A DNA stretch of 64,000 nt from a virus. Taxonomy: Duplodnaviria; Caudoviricetes. The stretch's first letter is position 1, and the number at the start of each line of letters is the position of its first letter. The translations under genes were made by a program, and so were the position numbers. The notes under the pieces were generated by a model. It was not told the origin of the DNA. It was given only the letters and a program-made list of their open reading frames with translations, and searched no databases. Below are positions 56,090 through 63,106 of this stretch, piece by piece. Location of the stretch: the IMG/VR virus record IMGVR_UViG_3300011339_001202, positions 5,099-69,098 of that record. The stretch is one strand, 5' to 3'.

Positions 56090-56133
56090 GCACGAAGGTC
56101 GTAGGGCTGGTTCGACTCCAGCCCGTGCTTCCA
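56088..56133 (+). ncRNA. tRNA-like element 8
   Basis: AAGCACG/CGTGCTT; GGCTGG-TTCGACT-CCAGCC; CCA; overlaps the upstream TAA. Confidence 0.85.
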
Positions 56134-56166
56134 TGACCGAGTTGGTCAGTTGTAAACCAAATTCCT

Positions 56167-56427
56167 ATGTTTAACGACATTATTGCTTACGAGCAGGGCG
56201 AATTGTCCCCTGCAGAAATTGTGAAATTGTTCGCTGGCCTGATTGCCTCCGGACAGGCTTGGGTGTTGCAGGGCCATTACGGCAGGCAGGCACAGGCATT
56301 CATAAATGCATGCCTCATCAGCCCCGAGGGCGAAATTGATGAGGAAGTGTGTGGATGGGCCGGAATCGATTTCCCAGCCCAGCCGGAGCCCGAGGGCAAG
56401 TTTGTCCGCAGGCATCCATTGGCTTAA
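56167..56427 (+). CDS. conserved small phage protein
   Basis: IIAYEQGEL..LF..LI..G.AW.LQGHYGR.A family pattern. Confidence 0.65.
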   Translation: MFNDIIAYEQGELSPAEIVKLFAGLIASGQAWVLQGHYGRQAQAFINACLISPEGEIDEEVCGWAGIDFPAQPEPEGKFVRRHPLA

Positions 56428-56433
56428 TTGCCA

Positions 56434-56481
56434 GCCCCTGTTTGGAACAGGGCACAGGTTCGAGTCCTGTGCAGGGGCCCA
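56434..56481 (+). ncRNA. tRNA-like element 9
   Basis: GCCCCTG/CAGGGGC; CACAGG-TTCGAGT-CCTGTG; CCA. Confidence 0.85.
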
Positions 56482-56517
56482 TGCTACAGGTTGTAGCAGT
56501 TGTAAACCAATTATGCC

Positions 56518-56799
56518 ATGCAAATAAACACACAAAAGCCAGCCTCCGGCACAATGGAGGCAAAGTTTCCGGTGTTGTACAAATTCAGGAAGGATTTCCC
56601 GATGTCCGGATACGAAATTTCTATGCTCCTCGAGGGTATGGAGAACAGCATCGAGCAATGGGACAAGATGCTCAGGAGAGCCTCCGGTGATGCAAATGAG
56701 GAGCACATGTACAGGATTCTCGAGGGTAAGTTGCATCGATACGACTTGAAGGCTCGGCTCGAAAGGCTTAGAGAAGAACTATTTCCTCTGTCATTCTAA
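56518..56799 (+). CDS. hypothetical helical early protein
   Basis: 93 aa cassette gene. Confidence 0.6.
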   Translation: MQINTQKPASGTMEAKFPVLYKFRKDFPMSGYEISMLLEGMENSIEQWDKMLRRASGDANEEHMYRILEGKLHRYDLKARLERLREELFPLSF

Positions 56800-56805
56800 T
56801 GGCAA

Positions 56806-56852
56806 GCCCCTGCTTGGAGCAGGCTCCGGTTCGATTCCGGAGCAGGGGCCCA
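56806..56852 (+). ncRNA. tRNA-like element 10
   Basis: GCCCCTG/CAGGGGC; CTCCGG-TTCGATT-CCGGAG; CCA. Confidence 0.85.
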
Positions 56853-56888
56853 TGCTACATGTTGTAGCAGTTGTAAACCAATAAGAAC

Positions 56889-57221
56889 ATGCAAAAGAAA
56901 ATCAGCATGAAGAAAGTATGGGTATCCTCCGATGGATGGAGGGGTCGTTTCACTCCAGTGAATGCTGTGGCTGGCTCTGCGGACACAGGTAGCTGGGACG
57001 ATAGTCCTTGCCCCAGTAACAGCGTAACAGCCGAGTTGAATGCCATCAAGAAGGCCCTCAAACAGGAGGGCATCAATTACAAATCTACATGGGGTTCCAG
57101 TAGCAATTTGTTCTGCATCCATCGATACATTGTCGTGGCCGAGGAGGATGTAGAACAGGGCAAGCAGGTTGTTCGCCAGTGGCTGGACAGCAACCGAAAC
57201 GAGTTTGCCTACATCCCGTAA
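56889..57221 (+). CDS. hypothetical early protein
   Basis: WVSSDGWRG..GSWDDSPCPS; 110 aa. Confidence 0.65.
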   Translation: MQKKISMKKVWVSSDGWRGRFTPVNAVAGSADTGSWDDSPCPSNSVTAELNAIKKALKQEGINYKSTWGSSSNLFCIHRYIVVAEEDVEQGKQVVRQWLDSNRNEFAYIP

Positions 57222-57228
57222 AGTAGAA

Positions 57229-57275
57229 GCCCCTGCATGGTGCAGGCACAGGTTCGATTCCTGTGCAGGGGCCCA
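57229..57275 (+). ncRNA. tRNA-like element 11
   Basis: GCCCCTG/CAGGGGC; CACAGG-TTCGATT-CCTGTG; CCA. Confidence 0.85.
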
Positions 57276-57312
57276 TTGTAGCGAATGCTACGAGCCGTAA
57301 ACCAATTACAAC

Positions 57313-57540
57313 ATGATAATAGCAAATGGAAAGCAATTTGACAACTACGAGCACCTCGAGGAATGGTGCATTGATAACGGGCTCCACATTACCATTTTCC
57401 AACAAATAAATGTCCACTATGCTCTTGCCCAAGTCCAGCAACTGGACGAGATGGATGCCGAGGTGAGACGAGCACAGCGCAGAGAAAGAGAGTCTCAGGA
57501 GCAGGGGTTCGCTGTTGACAGGAAGTATCTCGGGCGTTGA
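57313..57540 (+). CDS. hypothetical early protein
   Basis: 75 aa cassette gene. Confidence 0.6.
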   Translation: MIIANGKQFDNYEHLEEWCIDNGLHITIFQQINVHYALAQVQQLDEMDAEVRRAQRRERESQEQGFAVDRKYLGR

Positions 57541-57547
57541 TAGCCCA

Positions 57548-57593
57548 GTTCCGGATTGGATGTATGCAGGTTCGAGTCCTGTGCCGGAGCCCA
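57548..57593 (+). ncRNA. tRNA-like element 12
   Basis: GTTCCGG/CCGGAGC (one G-U); linker ATTGGATGTA; TGCAGG-TTCGAGT-CCTGTG (G-U pairs); CCA. Confidence 0.85.
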
Positions 57594-57633
57594 TTGCAAC
57601 ATAGTGTTGCGAGTTGTATAAACCAATAATAAC

Positions 57634-58026
57634 ATGCTTAACAAAGGCGAAGAAAAAATCATTATTCATGCAGTGGATGGAATCGATAACCTGCTTGATT
57701 GCGAGGAAACAATTGATGGCTCTGAACTGCATCACAGGCTGTTCAACGAGGACTATTTCATCATTGGTAGGTACGAGGCCGAGAAGTTCTTGCAGGACTG
57801 CGGAGGCGTATTTAAGGCCATCGATGAGATAATTCACTACGAGAAATCGAACATGGGAGAGGTGAGCACCGACCTTGCAGAGGCAGAGCATGTGGCAAAC
57901 ATGTACGCCTACATCAAGGGCGAAGAATTTCTCTCAAGGTGCTCAACATTTGGGCATAATTGGGACGAAGAGTTATCTTTGGAAGACCTTCAGGCAATCA
58001 AAGAAGAGCTCCTCGAAATAGCATAA
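57634..58026 (+). CDS. acidic early protein (possible DNA mimic / antirestriction)
   Basis: ELHHRLFNEDYFIIGRYEAE..YEKSNMGEVSTDL..VANMYAYIKGEE; D/E-rich. Confidence 0.55.
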   Translation: MLNKGEEKIIIHAVDGIDNLLDCEETIDGSELHHRLFNEDYFIIGRYEAEKFLQDCGGVFKAIDEIIHYEKSNMGEVSTDLAEAEHVANMYAYIKGEEFLSRCSTFGHNWDEELSLEDLQAIKEELLEIA

Positions 58027-58071
58027 CCCTGTTTGGAACACGCTCCGGTTCGACTCCGGAGCAGGGTTCAA
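58025..58071 (+). ncRNA. tRNA-like element 13 (ends CAA)
   Basis: AACCCTG/CAGGGTT; CTCCGG-TTCGACT-CCGGAG; CAA. Confidence 0.75.
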
Positions 58072-58106
58072 TGAGCAATAGTGCTCAGAACTTAAACCTA
58101 AAAAAT

Positions 58107-58439
58107 ATGTCTATAGAAAAAGTTTATTACCGACACCTTCCCGGGGCCTATGCAGCCCGAGAGGCAAGTCTTAGCCGAGACACTGACACTGACGAGGAAA
58201 GAACAAGTTTCTTATCAGGGTTTCTTCAGGGAGTTCAGTATGCACACCCCGATCCGAATGTCCAGCAATGCCCGTGTTGCGGTAGCCTGTTTGTACACAT
58301 GTCCAAGCACGAGCCCCTGAGGCTGAACCAGCAACTTATGGACAATGGCAAGCAGTATCAGGACATCCTTACATGCGAGTTCACATGCAGAAGTTGTGAC
58401 GAAAGTTTTACCGCCCACCTTAAAATCTCAGGACTATGA
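58107..58439 (+). CDS. zinc-ribbon-containing early protein (110 aa)
   Basis: ATG after TTAAACCTAAAAAAT; CPCC..CRSC. Confidence 0.6.
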   Translation: MSIEKVYYRHLPGAYAAREASLSRDTDTDEERTSFLSGFLQGVQYAHPDPNVQQCPCCGSLFVHMSKHEPLRLNQQLMDNGKQYQDILTCEFTCRSCDESFTAHLKISGL

Positions 58440-58585
58440 CAAAGCTGAAATTTTATCTGCCTGCATTGCTTTTCTTTTGGTTCTTCCTCTACGACAACCC
58501 AGCAATGTTTGGAGCTATAGGGCTGGCCCTGTATCTGATGATAGCACGATACGCTCCGGACTTTGCCGACAAGCTAATGCGCTGA
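58436..58585 (+). CDS. small membrane protein (49 aa)
   Basis: ATGA overlap; MTKLKFYLPALLFFWFFLY... Confidence 0.45.
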   Translation: MTKLKFYLPALLFFWFFLYDNPAMFGAIGLALYLMIARYAPDFADKLMR

Positions 58586-58611
58586 GAACCTTGTGAGTAG
58601 TTTATGCCATT

Positions 58612-58649
58612 AATGGGGGCGGTCTGTTGACTTGCTCCCATTTTTTTTT
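58612..58649 (+). terminator. intrinsic terminator closing the early array
   Basis: AATGGG..GTC-TGTT-GAC..CCCATT followed by a T run. Confidence 0.65.
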
Positions 58650-58684
58650 ACCTTATCTTTACACCCCTTTAAATTGAAAACATC

Positions 58685-58927
58685 ATGATGAGAGTTTTTA
58701 GAATCATGCGGAATATTTTTTTCGCTTTCAACCTGCTGAGCTGTGTCTTCCTGCTGGTTGCTGTAGTTAAGTTTCCCGAGGTGCTGGGCATAGTTTTGAG
58801 CAATTTCATGGGAATTACGCTCCACATAGCCCTCATGGCTGGCATATTCGTGTCGGCCTTCGTAGTGGCGGTGCTACATCAGCTCTACGAGCAACAGAAA
58901 ATGGAGAATAGCCGGAATCGCTGGTAG
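58685..58927 (+). CDS. two-TM membrane protein
   Basis: two hydrophobic helices. Confidence 0.55.
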   Translation: MMRVFRIMRNIFFAFNLLSCVFLLVAVVKFPEVLGIVLSNFMGITLHIALMAGIFVSAFVVAVLHQLYEQQKMENSRNRW

Positions 58928-58949
58928 TAGAGAAAAATAATTTCAAGAG

Positions 58950-58979
58950 GGACAGCCGTTTGTGCTGTCCTTTTTTTTT
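58950..58979 (+). terminator. intrinsic terminator
   Basis: GGACAGC-loop-GCTGTCC followed by T9. Confidence 0.7.
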
Positions 58980-58988
58980 CTTTGCGCT

Positions 58989-59612
58989 ATGGAAGACATG
59001 ACAATACCTCACGACCTGATGGCGTTCCAGTACGAGCCATTCAACGGAGACAAGTTTATTCAAATGAAGATGGCAGAAATTGCTGTCAAATACCCCGAGG
59101 CAATAGCAATTGAAACCGGAACCTGCCTCGCCAGTAGTACGCTGTTTCTTGCCGAGCACTTCAAAATGGTGCACACAATCGAGGCCAACAGGCGTTACTA
59201 CAACTACTCCCTGAACAGGGTTCAGGAGGCCGGAGTGAGCAACATCAATCTGATGTACGGCCAGTCCGAGTCTTTGCTCCCCAAGCTATTGTTCAATCTG
59301 ACAATGCCTCGGGATGTGGTGTTCTTTCTCGATGCACATTGGGAAAACTTCTGCCCCCTAAAGTCGGAGCTCCTTGCCATTGCCATTGCCAAGATTGAGA
59401 ACCCGATTATAGCCATCCACGACTGGAAGGTTCCCGATAGCACTCTTGGGTACGACAGCTATAATGGGCAGGACTTCGAGCTGGAATGGATAGCCCCGTT
59501 CCTGCACAAAATCTATGGCGAGGACTTCGCCTATAAGTATAACTCAGATGATAAGGCCATGGGCGCATGCCGTGGCATCATTTACATATCTTCGTCCGCT
59601 GATCCAGTGTGA
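58989..59612 (+). CDS. class I SAM-dependent methyltransferase
   Basis: AIETGTCLASST, VHTIEAN, FFLDAHW, IAIHDW; probable start MEDM. Confidence 0.7.
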   Translation: MEDMTIPHDLMAFQYEPFNGDKFIQMKMAEIAVKYPEAIAIETGTCLASSTLFLAEHFKMVHTIEANRRYYNYSLNRVQEAGVSNINLMYGQSESLLPKLLFNLTMPRDVVFFLDAHWENFCPLKSELLAIAIAKIENPIIAIHDWKVPDSTLGYDSYNGQDFELEWIAPFLHKIYGEDFAYKYNSDDKAMGACRGIIYISSSADPV

Positions 59613-59973
59613 CCGCCTTATGACAGGGTTCGCAGAGGACTCGAAGCAATTCGGGTTCCTCTACGAATAGCCTCCTGCAGAACTCAGGCAAATCCCCATA
59701 ATTCTTTAGCGTTCCAGCCGGAACAATGTGGTCTACCTCCACATCCTTTGCTCGGTGTAGCTTGCCACACATGGCACACCTGTAGTGATTAATTTTTTTG
59801 TTGCCGACAGGCAGAACCACCAGCGCATTCTGAAGGGCCATCTTCTTGGGAACCCAGCCAAAACGAGTGATGCCCCTGAGCGCACTCCGTATCTTACCCA
59901 TGTGCATGGCCTCGGTCTCGGTGTTCCCGTTGCGAGTCCGCTCCTTCAGAATCCGCTTAACCTTCTTGGCCAT
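59578..59973 (-). CDS. HNH endonuclease
   Basis: YRCAMCGK, VEVDHIVP, LRVLCEPCHK. Confidence 0.8.
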   Translation of the reverse strand: MAKKVKRILKERTRNGNTETEAMHMGKIRSALRGITRFGWVPKKMALQNALVVLPVGNKKINHYRCAMCGKLHRAKDVEVDHIVPAGTLKNYGDLPEFCRRLFVEEPELLRVLCEPCHKAVTLDQRTKICK

Positions 59974-60664
59974 TGAGTATGGTTTGTATTTCGTTCATGC
60001 AAGAGCTAAGTCCGCCCCAGCTCCAAAACTGGCGAGCAATGTGTGGCGTGTATTCCCAGTGAGCGGTGTCGATGAACTTATAATTCTCTGGCTCGTTCAG
60101 GTGCGCCCAAATTCCCATGGCGTTAAACTCTGAGAACCTTCCGCTACCCATAATTTCTTGCTCCAAGTCTGGTCTGCTTTTGTGCAATGTCTCCAGCGTA
60201 ACGGATCGATAAACCAGCGGAATCCTCCTCATGTATTCGTAATTTACAGAACAGCCTATCCATCTTTCGGTGGGCTCCTTCCAGCAAATGGCATCGCCCA
60301 CATTGGCATAGTCTGTCATAAGAATCTCGGGCCTATAATTTTCAGATGGAGAAATGTCCACAGGCCCAGTGAAGATGCAGTCGCTGTCAACAAACATGAT
60401 GTAGTCTTCGGTACAGAACTGGTAGGCAATCATTTTTACAAACTGCTGGTAGAGATACCCATCTCCATACTCCTGAACCGGAACTACTATTACATCAATC
60501 TCAATGCCGTGCATTACTTCGTCGAACAATTCCATATCCCATTCCGGAATGGCAACCACCACCTCGGAATGTCCGGAGACAAATTTCTCAATGCTCTTCA
60601 GGCAATAATGCAGGAATGGAAAATCATTCCGGTAGGACTTTATGAAAATACTAATTCCGCTCAT
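59957..60664 (-). CDS. GT-A fold glycosyltransferase-like protein
   Basis: IFIKSY..L.YCLKSIEKF; DxD motif IMFVDSDCIF. Confidence 0.65.
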   Translation of the reverse strand: MSGISIFIKSYRNDFPFLHYCLKSIEKFVSGHSEVVVAIPEWDMELFDEVMHGIEIDVIVVPVQEYGDGYLYQQFVKMIAYQFCTEDYIMFVDSDCIFTGPVDISPSENYRPEILMTDYANVGDAICWKEPTERWIGCSVNYEYMRRIPLVYRSVTLETLHKSRPDLEQEIMGSGRFSEFNAMGIWAHLNEPENYKFIDTAHWEYTPHIARQFWSWGGLSSCMNEIQTILNGQEG

Positions 60665-61052
60665 AGCCTGCTATTTCGTTGGGGAGTGGTAAAAATACTG
60701 AAAACTCTGTCAAGGCCCAAACCCTGATGGATTCAAGATACTGCTCCATCTCCTCGGTGGACAGGTCGGTGGTGGATCGGACAAACTGCTCGGTCTTCCC
60801 AGTGATGGGGTTCTCTCGGGTGTAGCCGAGAAACTTCTGCCTCAGGAGCTGGTGTATCTCGTCCCTGAAATAACCAAACTCCGAGGCCAGCCCATTCACA
60901 ATGATGCCCCAGTAGTATCGGTTTTGATTCGAGCTCCGGCCATCCCGAAACTTCTCGATGGAGACAGAGTGCTTGCCGGATAGATTCTTGAGGACACTGA
61001 ATAGCCTCGCCTTGTCCTGCTGGCTGGAGAAGTCAACAATCAAACTGGCCAT
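60651..61052 (-). CDS. NinB-like recombination protein
   Basis: RSSNQNRYYWG; STTDLSTEEMEQYLESIR; probable start MASLIV. Confidence 0.7.
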   Translation of the reverse strand: MASLIVDFSSQQDKARLFSVLKNLSGKHSVSIEKFRDGRSSNQNRYYWGIIVNGLASEFGYFRDEIHQLLRQKFLGYTRENPITGKTEQFVRSTTDLSTEEMEQYLESIRVWALTEFSVFLPLPNEIAGYERN

Positions 61053-61198
61053 AGCTATATGCAAATGGTTATAAGCAACAACACTACGGCAATGCTGGCC
61101 ATCTTCCACTTCCTGTGGTCTGGGCCAGTTTCCGTGAGGGCCCCCCAAAACAGGGTAACCCACACCAAGGACAAAAGAAATTGTATTACATTCATAAA

Positions 61199-63106
61199 TT
61201 AAAAGGGTAATGGCTGTGTGTCATCATTATTTTCAAATCTGTCTATGCTCTGAGAGGCTGTCTTTGCAGGCTTCTTCCACTGGGCCCAAGGCAAGCGACT
61301 TCTCACGGCCTCGTCCATCGGGTCTCTGCCCTCCTCGAATGTGAATCTTCGCTTTGTAATATCAAAGCTGAACTCAGAGAAACCCTTCTTCCCCACAACC
61401 TTTTGCTTCTTAATTTTCTTGGCGTGGAACTCGCATGCCGGGTTCGCAGGGTCTGAACAATTGGTCGGCCTGTGGTAGATGAGAACATTGTGGCATTTAT
61501 TCGCCCACATAGCCCCTCCAGCGAGGTCAAACAGGTCTGGACAAGGATAATCATCACCAAGTTTTTTCATGCCCTTAGGATGCGCTACAATGAGCAGGAA
61601 CACCTCGTTCTGCTGGGCGAACCTTGAGAACTCTGCCAGCTGTACCTCGAGGTACTTATCGTCCCTGCCACCAAACAAGTCGTAATGGTTGGTAAGCTGG
61701 TTCCAAGGGTCAATCACGCATCCATCGACACGCTTCTTGATGATGAGCTCGAGGAACCTCTCTCGGATGTACTCCGGTGTGGGGGCACTCTTCTCGGGCT
61801 GGATGAAAATGAAGTGCTCGTTGATAAACTCCATGGCCTGATTGTAAATGTTTACAGGTGGCCTGACGGCATGTGGGTAGGCTGGATTGTATACGCAGTC
61901 TGCGCCCAGCATGATTTCAATGTAGTCGTTGTAGAATTCCTCTGCCGGATTGTCCTCAGGGGCAAAGATGGCAAACTTACGCCCGTAGAGCACGGCATGC
62001 ATAAGCATCATCCACTTCCCGATGGCAGACTTACCCATGTTGGCTATGCCCGAGAGCAGGGTGAGCTCGCCCCGTTTCATTTTGTAGTGGTGGTCAATCT
62101 GTCTCACGCCTATGGAGTCAACCTGCTCGTACCCGTTCTGATACAGGTGCAGGATTCCGTTGCGGATGTCCTCGGCAAACACCACATCGATCGGGCGGAT
62201 GGTCTCATCGTATATGCTTTCCGGCACTTCGATTTCCACCTCCATCCGAGACTTCTTCTCCACCAGCACATCCTTGTCGAAGGTGGCCGTTCCAGACTTT
62301 GCCCCGTTGGCCCTGTATGCCGAGGCGATTACTATCTTGCACTCCTTGCGAGTGAAGTCAGACTGGCCCGAGATAAAATTGCTGTCGAAGTAGTAGAAGC
62401 AGTTCTCCTCGCTGATGCCAAACCTGCAACAGGCCGAGGCCAGTCGGAACAGGAAATTGTTTCGCTCTCCGGACACAAAGCTCCGGCCCTTGTTTGTCAT
62501 CCATGTCAGGAGCCTCTTGAAGGTTTCATCTGATTCGATAAACTCTCTTGTGGATTCCTGCTTGGAGATGAGCAATTCTTTAAACGGCTCAACAGATTCC
62601 TTGATGATGATTTCTGGGTCGTAACTCTCAAAGCAGACCCGGCTCTCGTTGATGCTGGAGGTGTCCCACTTTCCGCTGGCCGAGTTGAAGTACTCCGTAA
62701 GGGCGGCAAAGTGCTCCCTGTGCTTGGATGTGTCCGCTATCCGGACGAGGAACTTCAGGCCGTTGCCACGGGGGCTCACCCATACAGATTTCACCCAGCT
62801 AATTTCGGCGATACTGGTCTTCATTTCCAGCAACTCATCTGCAGGCACATCGTCTAAGTCGCAGCAGATGTAGCCGCTGTGCTGGATGAGCTTGCTGTCA
62901 AACCTCTCCGAGAATTTCCCCGAGAAGCACATTGATGGCAGGCTCTTCTTGAGCTGGTCTACGAGCTCCCTGTCGTTGGTGCTCCGGATGGCATTCACCT
63001 TTTCTGCGCTCTTCCCCTCCCGAATTCGGGATAGGGCCGTGTCCACCGAAATAAATTTGCCGTCCTTCTTTTCGTAGATGTCTCTAAATGCCGTTATCAT
63101 AGTCAT
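61199..63106 (-). CDS. primase-helicase (VirE/BT4734-like N-terminus, PriCT-like, SF4 helicase)
   Basis: SVWVSPRGNGLK; GERNNFLFRLA; Walker A SGIANMGKS; VIDPWNQL; IVAHPK. Confidence 0.8.
   Translation of the reverse strand: MTMITAFRDIYEKKDGKFISVDTALSRIREGKSAEKVNAIRSTNDRELVDQLKKSLPSMCFSGKFSERFDSKLIQHSGYICCDLDDVPADELLEMKTSIAEISWVKSVWVSPRGNGLKFLVRIADTSKHREHFAALTEYFNSASGKWDTSSINESRVCFESYDPEIIIKESVEPFKELLISKQESTREFIESDETFKRLLTWMTNKGRSFVSGERNNFLFRLASACCRFGISEENCFYYFDSNFISGQSDFTRKECKIVIASAYRANGAKSGTATFDKDVLVEKKSRMEVEIEVPESIYDETIRPIDVVFAEDIRNGILHLYQNGYEQVDSIGVRQIDHHYKMKRGELTLLSGIANMGKSAIGKWMMLMHAVLYGRKFAIFAPEDNPAEEFYNDYIEIMLGADCVYNPAYPHAVRPPVNIYNQAMEFINEHFIFIQPEKSAPTPEYIRERFLELIIKKRVDGCVIDPWNQLTNHYDLFGGRDDKYLEVQLAEFSRFAQQNEVFLLIVAHPKGMKKLGDDYPCPDLFDLAGGAMWANKCHNVLIYHRPTNCSDPANPACEFHAKKIKKQKVVGKKGFSEFSFDITKRRFTFEEGRDPMDEAVRSRLPWAQWKKPAKTASQSIDRFENNDDTQPLPF

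Noticed and set aside
56146-57891. Long - strand ORFs across the early array (196 aa, 268 aa)
   Set aside because: They span several cassettes and RNA elements in antisense, and their repeated peptides are just translations of the repeats.
53574-58071. CRISPR array interpretation of the repeats
   Set aside because: The spacers are intact 200-400 nt genes, the repeats vary with compensatory changes, and no cas gene is present.
53574-58071. True tRNA genes or tmRNA
   Set aside because: No anticodon arm in 12 of 13 copies, no G3-U70 alanine determinant, and no tmRNA mRNA-like domain or pseudoknots.
54045-58071. Eukaryotic Pol III B-box / SINE repeats (GGTTCGANTCC)
   Set aside because: The context is a phage with bacterial promoters and terminators; the motif is explained as the T-loop of a full acceptor/T helix.
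54045-58071. Plain rho-independent terminators between genes
   Set aside because: No U-tracts follow the stems, and the conserved T-loop, GG and CCA would be unnecessary.
53574-58106. Integron attC cassette array
   Set aside because: No integrase in the window; the GTTGTAAAC motif does not fit GTTRRRY, and the ends lack paired RYYYAAC/GTTRRRY boxes. The T-loop and CCA fit an RNA explanation better.
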